IMG/VR virus record: IMGVR_UViG_2537561603_000006
Coordinates: 1 to 38,043 of that record
DNA length: 38,043 nucleotides
Origin: a virus
Lineage: Duplodnaviria; Heunggongvirae; Uroviricota; Caudoviricetes
Direction: 5' to 3' (one strand)
In this document: piece by piece, positions 20,278-28,609 of the stretch
Numbering within the stretch: the stretch's first letter is position 1
Layout of the letters: every line of letters begins with the position of its first letter
The notes under the pieces: generated by a model
Told to the model about the DNA's origin: nothing
The model's database searches: none
What the model saw: only the letters and a program-made list of their open reading frames with translations
Made by a program: the position numbers and the translations under genes

Positions 20278-20685
20278 TTACTCCTTCGAGCTACCAAATT
20301 TGTTACCGATTACTCTCATTGCAGCCCCACGAATTGCATCGACCCCGATCAACCCCACCCCACCACCAATGGCAACAGAAAGCGATTTAGGCCATCCGAC
20401 ATACTCAAGCGCGGATGCAAATGTCAGCGTCAGAGCGCCACAGAGCAAAATTTCGAGTGATTTTCGTTTCCAGCCGCCACCACCACCAAAATAGGCAATA
20501 CGCAAACCAGCCATAACAATCGACATAATCACTGCGCCCAGCGGCGTATCTCCACGCCACCAGCTCTGGAACAACTCCAGCCAGTCCGGCCAGGTATTTG
20601 GGTTATGAGGCATTTCGTCATCTCTCACCTCGCGATTATTTGCGGGTGCTGTGTTGGAAATAAAAAGGCCAAGCAACGTGGCCAC
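20278..20685 (-). CDS. Holin (lambda S-like)
   Basis: C-terminal two-thirds aligns by eye with lambda S; hydrophobic helices and charged tail; true start likely an internal Met. Confidence 0.7.
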   Translation of the reverse strand: MATLLGLFISNTAPANNREVRDDEMPHNPNTWPDWLELFQSWWRGDTPLGAVIMSIVMAGLRIAYFGGGGGWKRKSLEILLCGALTLTFASALEYVGWPKSLSVAIGGGVGLIGVDAIRGAAMRVIGNKFGSSKE

Positions 20686-20690
20686 CAGAA

Positions 20691-21743
20691 TTATTTCCCC
20701 ACCAGTTCACTTACCTCTTTCACCGTCTGGTTAAACCGATCTGACTCAAGCTCAACACCTAACGCCCGACGCCCCAGCGCCATTGCTGCTTTTATTGTGG
20801 AACCGGATCCCATAAAGAAATCAGCAACCAGATCGCCTGGTCGACTACTGGCATTAATTATTTGCCGGAGCATATCCGCCGGTTTCTCACACGGATGTTT
20901 ACCCGGGTAGAACTGAACGGGTTTATGCGTCCAGACATCGGTATAAGGCACGGAGACTGATACGGAGAAATAACGCCGGAGAGATTTAAACTCATCCAGC
21001 AAATCAGAATATTTGCGATTCAGTGAATCATAAGATGCCACCAGCTGGTGGTGTGGTTGTTCCAGTTGTTGTTCCTGAAACTTCTCTGCCACTACACGGG
21101 AAAACAGTGCCTGCAACTTCCGGTAGTCAGCCTCATTCGGCAACTGCCACTGACTGGCACCAAACCAGTGGGAAACCATATTTTTCTTACCAGTGGCTTC
21201 GGCAATCTGTTTTGCCGTTATACCCAGTTCGGCACGAGCATCCCTGAAATACGAAATCAGCGGTGCCATTATGTGCTGTTTGAGTTGACTTTCTTTTGCC
21301 GCATAGCCGTCACTTTTGCCGCGATATGGTCCCTGGTAATGTTCAGCAAACAGAACGCGTTCTGTTGCGGGAAAATATGCGCGCAGACTTTCTTTATTAC
21401 ACCCGTTCCATCGTCCGGACGGCTTCGCCCAGATAATATGGTTAAGAACGTTGAAACGTTCACGCATCATGATCTCGATATCAGATGCGAGGCGATGTCC
21501 ACAGAACAGGTAAAGGCTTCCGGCAGGTTTCAGCACCCGCCAGAACTGGGCCAGACAGTGGTCCAGCCACTTCAGGTAATCTTCGTCCCCTTTCCACTGA
21601 TTGTCCCAACCGTTGGGTTTCACCTTGAAGTACGGCGGATCGGTAACAATCAGGTCAATGGAATCATCAGGCAGGGACTGAATAAAATGCAGGCAATCAG
21701 CGTTGATTAAATCAACACTGTTTATTTTTACAGTATTTTTCAT
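20691..21743 (-). CDS. DNA methyltransferase (N6-adenine/N4-cytosine, DPPY class)
   Basis: 350 aa; motif IV ...DLIVTDPPYF... near N-terminus; no adjacent nuclease gene. Confidence 0.85.
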   Translation of the reverse strand: MKNTVKINSVDLINADCLHFIQSLPDDSIDLIVTDPPYFKVKPNGWDNQWKGDEDYLKWLDHCLAQFWRVLKPAGSLYLFCGHRLASDIEIMMRERFNVLNHIIWAKPSGRWNGCNKESLRAYFPATERVLFAEHYQGPYRGKSDGYAAKESQLKQHIMAPLISYFRDARAELGITAKQIAEATGKKNMVSHWFGASQWQLPNEADYRKLQALFSRVVAEKFQEQQLEQPHHQLVASYDSLNRKYSDLLDEFKSLRRYFSVSVSVPYTDVWTHKPVQFYPGKHPCEKPADMLRQIINASSRPGDLVADFFMGSGSTIKAAMALGRRALGVELESDRFNQTVKEVSELVGK

Positions 21744-21893
21744 GGATCAGTAAGCGTAACTCTGGTAGGCTCACTCTGCTTTTGCGCTAAAGCAGTGGGC
21801 CATGGTTCGCTTGTGACCAGTTAGCATGAGCGAATGGCTGGCAGGTGCTACCAACACCCACCAGCCGCCCATTTTCACAGCAGGAAACCGCCA

Positions 21894-22097
21894 TTACTGG
21901 CAGCGTCTGAATTTATTCCCATACCCGCCGCTATCCTTCGCCAGACCCGCCAAAACTAACTGCGTCAGTATCAACTGACACCGGGCTTCGCTTACCCCGG
22001 TAATACTCGTCATCGCACGGGGCGTTATCCACTTGTCAGCAGGTAAGAAATGAAGGACTGTGGCGGCGGTTTCTGTCATATCTTGCTGTTTTAGCAT
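21894..22097 (-). CDS. Small hypothetical protein, possible winged-helix
   Basis: 67 aa ORF between the tR'-like terminator and the methyltransferase. Confidence 0.35.
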   Translation of the reverse strand: MLKQQDMTETAATVLHFLPADKWITPRAMTSITGVSEARCQLILTQLVLAGLAKDSGGYGNKFRRCQ

Positions 22098-22217
22098 GTC
22101 TTTTTACCTTTTCTGGTTAACCTGACACACCAATAACTCTTGTCTAAAAAGCCAGCAAGATAAAAAGTCGGTATTCACCTCCACCAGCACGTTTACTGTA
22201 CTGGACCGCTTTTGGGC

Positions 22218-22246
22218 ACAAAAAAACCCGCTCGGAGGCGGGTTTA
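22218..22246 (-). terminator. Intrinsic terminator (tR'-like candidate)
   Basis: Minus-strand RNA AAACCCGCCUCCGAGCGGGUUUUUUU: GC stem plus U7 tract. Confidence 0.5.
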
Positions 22247-22356
22247 AGCTGTGTGGCGAAGTAACCACTCTTAACACGATACAATAGTTTTTGCGTACGC
22301 GTTAGCATTTTTGTTAAAGTATAAAAATGTAATTAAACCAGTATGTTATCACTACA

Positions 22357-23241
22357 ATGAAATGCATCCGAAAACATCCAGCAATAGCTTATACAGTAAT
22401 TATTTTAGTTTTTGCTTTAATATACAATTTCACTTGGAGCGTCAATCCAGATTCTTTCATTAAAAACAACGTTCTCAACTCTACACCTGTATATGATGCC
22501 GTTAATTTAGCATATGCGAACAATGAGGTAAAAAAAGAAGATCCTGTCAGTGTTTCGAGGGAAGTATTTGCAGAGCAAATTTTAACACTTACAAATCAAT
22601 TCAATAAGATAACAATTGAAAACTTAGAACTTGAAAAAACATTATCTCAACAGCAAGAAAAATTAAAACAAATTAGTGAAAGACAATCAATAAAGTGGGG
22701 CGAAAACACCAAAAAATACATAGCAGACAGTTTGAAAGATTTACACAAAACGCTTATCACTAAAAATAGTGAACGTACTGCCATAACATCTTTAAAAAAC
22801 AAAACAAATGAAAGTCAGATTAACATTATGCTGGCCGACAAAGATGAAGAAATAGCCAAAATAAACCTTGAAATAGCGTATAAAGAGAATGATGCTAATG
22901 TCTATATCTTATCTCATGTCGGCGACTTTAATGATCCAATAATCGTTAATGAGCTTGACGCAATCAATAAAGAAATTGAGAAAACAAGAACAAAAATAAT
23001 AAACAATAAAAAGAAAATAATGGAGATAAGGAATAAATCTCAATCTATGCTGGAGAAACTCAAAAAAGATGACCTTAACTTTTGGGATTTCTTATTTTAT
23101 AGCATAGGAATATCTACAACGACCACCTTTGGTGATTTGTTAGCAAATTCAAGACTTATCAGACTGATAGTTTGCGTGCAACTTTTACTATCAATTATAG
23201 TTTTAGCTAACGTAACTCAAAGATTTTTATCAAAAAAATAA
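22357..23241 (+). CDS. Membrane protein with potassium-channel-like pore loop (TM1, about 210 aa coiled-coil insert, pore helix, filter-like TTTTFGD, TM2)
   Basis: 294 aa; N-terminal TM AIAYTVIILVFALIYNF; C-terminus FWDFLFYSIGISTTTTFGDLLANSRLIRLIVCVQLLLSIIVLANV aligns position for position with the channel pore-helix/filter/inner-helix pattern; AT-rich; opposite strand to flanking phage genes. Confidence 0.6.
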   Translation: MKCIRKHPAIAYTVIILVFALIYNFTWSVNPDSFIKNNVLNSTPVYDAVNLAYANNEVKKEDPVSVSREVFAEQILTLTNQFNKITIENLELEKTLSQQQEKLKQISERQSIKWGENTKKYIADSLKDLHKTLITKNSERTAITSLKNKTNESQINIMLADKDEEIAKINLEIAYKENDANVYILSHVGDFNDPIIVNELDAINKEIEKTRTKIINNKKKIMEIRNKSQSMLEKLKKDDLNFWDFLFYSIGISTTTTFGDLLANSRLIRLIVCVQLLLSIIVLANVTQRFLSKK

Positions 23242-23248
23242 AAAACAA

Positions 23249-23268
23249 AGCCCTCAAAAATGAGGGCT
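23249..23268. terminator. Bidirectional hairpin terminator between Q and the channel-like gene
   Basis: AGCCCTCA-AAAA-TGAGGGCT perfect 8-bp stem; T-run on the minus strand after the hairpin, A/T-rich on the plus strand. Confidence 0.55.
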
Positions 23269-23278
23269 AATTTAAACC

Positions 23279-23638
23279 TTAAGATAAGAACGATAAAATC
23301 CCGTCCAAAAATCCTAGTGCAGTTTGAAGTTCTTTTCTGACAGTACCATCTGAACATTTTCGTTTCTTTGCGATTGTACGGAGTGAAATACCAATAACAA
23401 AGTGAGCAATTAATAATTCATATTCTTCTGGTTTATATTTACGCAACCGCGCCACACAACCGTCTATCATGATCCCTTCATCATCATCACACTGAAGGCG
23501 TGTTTTTTTACCATGAGGTAAAAGCCCCTTGAAACCAGCCGCTATCGGCTGCCAGTCCACACCGCTGTTATCTGCTGCTGCCCATGCTCCCCAGCGGTCT
23601 AACACCTCGTACATATCACGCATCAAATCTCTCCACAA
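23279..23638 (-). CDS. Q: Late antiterminator Q (QuuD-like)
   Basis: 119 aa; ...VLDRWGAWAAADNSGVDWQPIAAGFKGLLP... matches the DLP12 QuuD-type Q family as remembered; upstream of the lysis genes. Confidence 0.75.
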   Translation of the reverse strand: MWRDLMRDMYEVLDRWGAWAAADNSGVDWQPIAAGFKGLLPHGKKTRLQCDDDEGIMIDGCVARLRKYKPEEYELLIAHFVIGISLRTIAKKRKCSDGTVRKELQTALGFLDGILSFLS

Positions 23639-23640
23639 AA

Positions 23641-24636
23641 TCAGGCCAGCACACCAATTGCCAGCGCGCGATCGATAAATCGAAAAATCAGCTCCAGTTG
23701 GGAACCATACTTCTCTTCAAACGCCACGGTGTCCGCATGCAGCTCGTCGTGATGCTTTCTGCACAATGGCAACACAAAGAGGTCATGCGCTTTTGTACCC
23801 ATTCCACCCTGACCGTGACCTATCAGGTGATGGGGATCATCAGCAGGCTTTCCACAACATGCACACGGCTGCCTCTTAACCCAGCACGTGTACTTTTCGT
23901 TAACCCAGCGGCGACGTTTTGGGCGTAACATAAAAAACTCTGGCGACTCCGGATCCACTTTCAGTGCCAGTACCTTTTTCGCTTTATCCTGGATGATGCT
24001 GGTGGCAGGAACTGAAGGCACAAGGTCACTTTCCCGGGTGACAGACTGCACAACAGGCTTCGGTAATCTCAGTGCCTTACGGGCTGCACTTTCCGGTAAG
24101 GCATCCGCCAGGTCATTACGAATCAGCCACCAGCACAGTTCCGGCATTGTCACAACGTGACTATCATCAAAACCGAGATCCCGACGCACAACAGACAACA
24201 CCCAGCGGGCACAGTTATCCGTTGCCATTGATTCCAGCCGTTCCGTGAACTGATCGCGCAGCTGGTTATCGCAGTGCCAGCACAGACGGATTGCGCCCGG
24301 AGCGTGTCGCATTGTGGTCATGTTCTCGCTGTGCCAGTCGGAATGAGGCCACTGGCAGCCTTTTTCACGAAGTAACCAGCTTTCAAGACATTCCACTCCA
24401 CCAGCACGACGGATCACTGCCTCATTGCGGAACACGGCCCGAACGGCAGGATCATCCGCCAGCGGTTGTGATGCCGCCGGAACGGCACCACTGGCGAAAG
24501 ATGAATAACGTTCCGGCTCAGGCTCCAGCAGGACACGCCCCTGCATAAACAAGGGCATCAGCTCTGAACCTGGTCTGAACAATACGATCCCCATACGCGG
24601 GGCAATTTCAGGGGTCAGTAGTGCTCTCACGGTCAC
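23641..24636 (-). CDS. DUF968-like protein (YdfU-like)
   Basis: 331 aa; Cys/His-rich C-terminus ...CWVKRQPCACCGKPADDPHHLIGHGQGGMGTKAHDLFVLPLCRKHHDELH... typical of the family. Confidence 0.55.
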   Translation of the reverse strand: MTVRALLTPEIAPRMGIVLFRPGSELMPLFMQGRVLLEPEPERYSSFASGAVPAASQPLADDPAVRAVFRNEAVIRRAGGVECLESWLLREKGCQWPHSDWHSENMTTMRHAPGAIRLCWHCDNQLRDQFTERLESMATDNCARWVLSVVRRDLGFDDSHVVTMPELCWWLIRNDLADALPESAARKALRLPKPVVQSVTRESDLVPSVPATSIIQDKAKKVLALKVDPESPEFFMLRPKRRRWVNEKYTCWVKRQPCACCGKPADDPHHLIGHGQGGMGTKAHDLFVLPLCRKHHDELHADTVAFEEKYGSQLELIFRFIDRALAIGVLA

Positions 24637-24637
24637 C

Positions 24638-25447
24638 TCAATGAACGGTATCGAGCAGCTTTAACAGCTCAGGGAATCGGGATTCGAAGAAATGCGGCTG
24701 CGTCTCGCGCGGATTTGCGGGACTGGTGATGTTCTTGCCGAACATGCAGCCTTTCGCCGTCAGCGACCAGAATTTTTTGATGTTGTTAATCGCAGTGCGG
24801 CTGTATCGTTCACGTTGTTCAACGATCCCCAGCTTCGCCATCTGGTGATATGCCTGATTAGCTGTCAGGCGGATACCATACTGCTTCAGCAGTGCACTCA
24901 ATGACAGCGTGGGGCGGCTTGAGCCATCAGGCGCGTCAGCAGGAGCATCAATGGCATAGCGCGGTGCCAGATTCGGTAAGCCAACAGCCTCCTGGAGTTT
25001 CTGACAGGCACCAAGCACTGAAGAGTTAGACAGGTTTAACTCCCGGCGCATAAAGTCCAGCAGGATCACGCCAGCCTGCATCTTGTCAGCAGCCTGTCCG
25101 GATAATTTTTCCGGTGCGCTGGTTACCATATCGAAAGTACGGATCACCTTCAGATGGAATGACGGGCTGATCCACATTGCATAGGCATACACCAGTTCCT
25201 TGCAGACATACGTTCCCCGTTCATTTCCCCCATGAATCACACTCACCGGGTCAACACCCAAATTCTGGGTGTTGGTCAATTCATGAACAAGCTCAACAGT
25301 TTGTTGGCTGGAAAGAAACTTTCCCGGCTCCTTGGTTCTGGCATTTGCACCAGATGCTACTGCTGCGCGATGCAGATCGTTCAGGCTGTAACGCCCATAA
25401 GCATCACGACGAACTTCAATACCATCAATGACCATCAGATTATTCAT
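24638..25447 (-). CDS. KilA-N domain protein (antirepressor-like)
   Basis: 269 aa; N-terminal region with KilA-N-like pattern; nin-region position. Confidence 0.6.
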   Translation of the reverse strand: MNNLMVIDGIEVRRDAYGRYSLNDLHRAAVASGANARTKEPGKFLSSQQTVELVHELTNTQNLGVDPVSVIHGGNERGTYVCKELVYAYAMWISPSFHLKVIRTFDMVTSAPEKLSGQAADKMQAGVILLDFMRRELNLSNSSVLGACQKLQEAVGLPNLAPRYAIDAPADAPDGSSRPTLSLSALLKQYGIRLTANQAYHQMAKLGIVEQRERYSRTAINNIKKFWSLTAKGCMFGKNITSPANPRETQPHFFESRFPELLKLLDTVH

Positions 25448-25466
25448 ACTTCGTTTCTCCTCTTAA

Positions 25467-25856
25467 TCAGGCGGCTGCACCCGCCGTTTTCTCGTACTTA
25501 CTGATAGTGATCTCGACCTTCCCTTCCGGGATAACCGGTCCCCACTCCACCAGCATTCTTTTCACCTGACTGTCGTCTTCCCACACACCCGCGTGGGTCA
25601 GGGCGTCAAACAGCGCCTTGTTATAGTTGTCCAGATCGCGGATCCGGTTATCCGGAGGAAACAACACGATCTCCACTGAAGCAGGTGCCGACGTTGGTTT
25701 CGGCAGACGACGTAACTGCTCAACTATTGCTGCGCACGCCGCGCTCTGGAATTTTCGCCCCGCCGCGCTTATCAGGCTCTTACCAGCAAACGCCCCTTTG
25801 TTGGGGTGTCGCCAGTACGTGTTCACGCTGGGCGGGAAAGGCAAGATCAGCTTCAT
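25467..25856 (-). CDS. rusA: RusA-type Holliday junction resolvase
   Basis: 129 aa; ...LPFPPSVNTYWRH... and ...RDLDNYNKALFDALTHAGVWEDDSQV... match RusA conserved motifs. Confidence 0.85.
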   Translation of the reverse strand: MKLILPFPPSVNTYWRHPNKGAFAGKSLISAAGRKFQSAACAAIVEQLRRLPKPTSAPASVEIVLFPPDNRIRDLDNYNKALFDALTHAGVWEDDSQVKRMLVEWGPVIPEGKVEITISKYEKTAGAAA

Positions 25857-26179
25857 ACTTTCAGGCCTCTCTCATGTAACCAGTGGGCTGCACGCAGCCT
25901 TGCGTTTTCCTCACCGGCAAGCAGTGAGCGGATAATCCCGACCGCCTCGCTGTCGTCGTCCTTCACTGCGGTATGAAGCGTTATCCCCCGGGCCACGCCA
26001 CGCTTTATCGTAATGACGCCTTTTTTCTCCAGTGCGCGAAGATGCTCCACCGCTGCATTCACTGAACGGTATCCCAGCATGGTTGCCACCTCCTGATTGG
26101 TTGGCGGGAAGCCACGTTCTTTCTGGTAAGAAATCAGCATATCCAGCACCTGCTGCTGGCATTGAGTTAACGTCGTCAT
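25853..26179 (-). CDS. LexA N-terminal DNA-binding-domain-like protein (no peptidase domain)
   Basis: 108 aa; LTQCQQQVLDMLISYQKERGFPPTNQEVATMLGYRSVNAAVEHLRALEKKGVI parallels LexA [53 protein letters not shown] (recalled); ORF ends before any S24 domain. Confidence 0.55.
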   Translation of the reverse strand: MTTLTQCQQQVLDMLISYQKERGFPPTNQEVATMLGYRSVNAAVEHLRALEKKGVITIKRGVARGITLHTAVKDDDSEAVGIIRSLLAGEENARLRAAHWLHERGLKV

Positions 26180-26862
26180 GCCGCCATCTCCCTGACCAGT
26201 TTTTCCGCCTGCTGGCGAACCTGCACCAGAAAGGCTTCACCACATGCCTCAAGTTCATCGCGCCCGATGTAGCTGATTGCCGGTCCCTTCCAGGTCTTGT
26301 CGAAAACAGCAATAGCACCAGCGAAGAAAGCTCCTGTCGGCACCTGCTTCTCATCCTTCGGGATAAACCAGGCAGGCAGTTCAAAACCAATACGCCCGCG
26401 AATAAAAGCAATATGGTCCGCATCTTCCGGCCACCACACTTCGCTGGTGGCAGCTTTGATCAGGAAAACATAGCGCCCGCCCTTATCACGCATGGCACTG
26501 GCATGTTTCATGATGTAACGCATGCCGGTGATGTATTGCCCCTCATGCTGACTGGCGCGGCTGTATGGGGGATTACCAAAGGCAACACCTTTAAGCTCCG
26601 CAAGACGTTCTGACCAGTCATGCGCCAGCGCGTTATCTTCCGCCGTGTAATACGCGGCACATTTGGCGTTATCACCGTCAGTGAACAGATCCAGAACAAA
26701 CGGGCCAAACAGGGTGTTAATTCCCCAGAAAATGTTGTCCGGCGTGCGCCACTGATCGCCCACTTCCTTCAGTTCATGGGCTGGTTTGTTCCGCAGTTCC
26801 ACCAGCGCCTGGCAATATTTATTACTCATTAAGCCCCCACGTAATTCCCTGACAGATACCAC
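26176..26862 (-). CDS. Phage-type Dam N6-adenine methyltransferase (orphan)
   Basis: 228 aa; motif ...VAFGNPPYS... (NPPY); no adjacent nuclease gene. Confidence 0.8.
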   Translation of the reverse strand: MVSVRELRGGLMSNKYCQALVELRNKPAHELKEVGDQWRTPDNIFWGINTLFGPFVLDLFTDGDNAKCAAYYTAEDNALAHDWSERLAELKGVAFGNPPYSRASQHEGQYITGMRYIMKHASAMRDKGGRYVFLIKAATSEVWWPEDADHIAFIRGRIGFELPAWFIPKDEKQVPTGAFFAGAIAVFDKTWKGPAISYIGRDELEACGEAFLVQVRQQAEKLVREMAA

Positions 26863-27323
26863 TCTTCACCCGATGCAGCGCGCTTGCTGCTTTTCCGTAA
26901 GCACCGCTCACGGCGCGCCAGAAAATTGTTTCGTTCTGACTGGGAGTGGCTTTCACGGAATGCCGCCATCCACACGGTTGCAGCACGACGGTATAAGCCC
27001 TTGGACTCCAGTTCTTCAGCCTGGCGGGTCAGGCACAAAATCACCCGGGGATCGTTAGTGCCGACATAGAAATTACGCACAGGTTTGGTTTCACGAACTG
27101 GTTGCGGTTCCGGCTCCTGCGCTCTCTCAGTCAGGCGCGGGAAATGTCTGCGTGTATCTCCTTCACAACGGTGAGCCACACGCCCACTCTGACGTAACTT
27201 GCTTGCAGACTGCAGAACGCGCTGCCGTGAGTAACCTGCAAAAGCATCCGCAATGTCTCCGGAAGTACACCCCGGATGGGCTTCAATGAATTTCTGAACT
27301 TCATTCAAAAGACTCATAATCAC
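26829..27323 (-). CDS. Hypothetical basic protein, replication/nin region
   Basis: 164 aa ORF downstream of the O-like gene; family not recognised. Confidence 0.45.
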   Translation of the reverse strand: MIMSLLNEVQKFIEAHPGCTSGDIADAFAGYSRQRVLQSASKLRQSGRVAHRCEGDTRRHFPRLTERAQEPEPQPVRETKPVRNFYVGTNDPRVILCLTRQAEELESKGLYRRAATVWMAAFRESHSQSERNNFLARRERCLRKSSKRAASGEEWYLSGNYVGA

Positions 27324-28261
27324 CCCCTGAATCCTGCCGGGATCTGGCTGTAGTCCACGTTGTCGTAACTGGATTTGAAGTACGGGTCTTCGCGTTTTTC
27401 GGTGTACGTGCTTACGGACGGCGATAAGCGCAGGGAAAGCTCATCCCATTTTTCCCGCAGCTTCGACGGGCTGAGCACGTTACGGCACCAGAACGGATCG
27501 CGGCTGACGCGGCTGTACATCTCGCAGATTTGTTTATGAGTACGCCCATCCTGTACACACATCAGGCGAATTTCGTTTGCCCAGGCTGTCCAGTTCGGTT
27601 CTTTAGGACGTACCACTTCGCCGTCACATTCGGCGGCCTGCTCGTACAGAGCGATGATTTTTTTCCAGAGCCACTGTGCGCAGGTCAAATCATCCTGCGT
27701 TCCCCACTGGCGCTTTTTAGGGCTGAATACAACCGCATCAGGATGGCGAGTTAAAAACTCTTGTTCAGCCGTCTGCGTGTCCGGTTGCGAAGCGTCCGGA
27801 CGAGAAGTTTTTTTATCTGACGGATCATGTTTTGATTTTACTGACGGATCCCCGCCAGATTCTGACGGGTGAAAACCCGCTTTTTTGCCAGATTTCGACG
27901 CATCAAATTTTGACTGGTCAGATTTTGATGCGTCAGATTTTGACGGGTCAGAATCTGACAGTTGAGAAAATGCCGCTGCCTGAAGCTTCGCAACGTTAAG
28001 CTGATAAACATTCGACGCATTGCGGTTACCCTGGCGACGCGCCTTACGCGTTAACCAGCCTTCCGCTTCCAGCCGTGCGATAGCCGTTCTGACGGTGCTC
28101 ATCCCCGCGCCAATCTGGCGGGCAATGGTTTCAATTGATGGCCAGCACACACCTTCGTCATTACTGAAATCAGCCAGGCGGGCCATAATTGCCACGCTGG
28201 ATAACTTCATGCCTGACGCAGCGCAACCATCCCATACATAGCCGGTTAATTTAGTGCTCAT
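27320..28261 (-). CDS. Replication initiation protein (lambda O-like, N-terminal HTH) with internal origin iterons
   Basis: 313 aa; N-terminal HTH-like region; central SDSDPSKSDASKSDQSKFDASKSGKK repeats encoded by the iteron DNA. Confidence 0.7.
   Translation of the reverse strand: MSTKLTGYVWDGCAASGMKLSSVAIMARLADFSNDEGVCWPSIETIARQIGAGMSTVRTAIARLEAEGWLTRKARRQGNRNASNVYQLNVAKLQAAAFSQLSDSDPSKSDASKSDQSKFDASKSGKKAGFHPSESGGDPSVKSKHDPSDKKTSRPDASQPDTQTAEQEFLTRHPDAVVFSPKKRQWGTQDDLTCAQWLWKKIIALYEQAAECDGEVVRPKEPNWTAWANEIRLMCVQDGRTHKQICEMYSRVSRDPFWCRNVLSPSKLREKWDELSLRLSPSVSTYTEKREDPYFKSSYDNVDYSQIPAGFRG
27811..27961. repeat. Iteron array (candidate ori) inside the O-like gene
   Basis: At least seven direct repeats of about 14-16 bp of the form (T/C)CAGAT(T/C)(T/C)TGACGG. 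Confidence 0.6.
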
Positions 28262-28609
28262 GACCGACCTCTATTTCCCTGAATTTACGACGAAACTGTT
28301 CGAGCGGGCTGAAGCACTCATGCTCATAGCCTTCGCGGAGGTAGATAACCCGTTGTGTTTCCGGTTCCCAACGAATGACTCTGACGGGCACTCCGTAGTG
28401 ATCTTTGAACCAGCGGTTAACTTGTCGCAAAGGACTGTCTCCTTTTGCCGGTTGAAATCACCCACAGCCCACTCTGCAAAGCTGTGGGTTACAATTTCCC
28501 TGTCACCTGGTACATTCACTGCATAGCAATACTCCACCTTCGCTTTTCCACCCGGTACAGGAAGTGCAATCAGTTGCGAGCGACGGTAGTGTGTTGTTAA
28601 ACTGTTCAT
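28244..28609 (-). pseudogene. Hypothetical gene needing a frame change to reach its apparent C-terminus
   Basis: ATG at 28609 opens [55 protein letters not shown]...; a second frame open from about 28462 (…[53 protein letters not shown]…) runs to a stop at 28244 with no start codon of its own. Confidence 0.3.

Noticed and set aside
21744-22356. Possible tRNA genes between the late terminator and the methyltransferase (Stx-phage-like tRNA slot)
   Set aside because: No cloverleaf-compatible segment or GTTCGA(A)TC T-loop motif was seen on either strand; a tRNAscan run would be needed to be sure.
27811-27961. CRISPR-like appearance of the short direct repeats
   Set aside because: Repeats are about 14-16 bp, imperfect, contiguous without unique spacers, and lie inside a replication-initiator ORF: these are origin iterons, not a CRISPR array.
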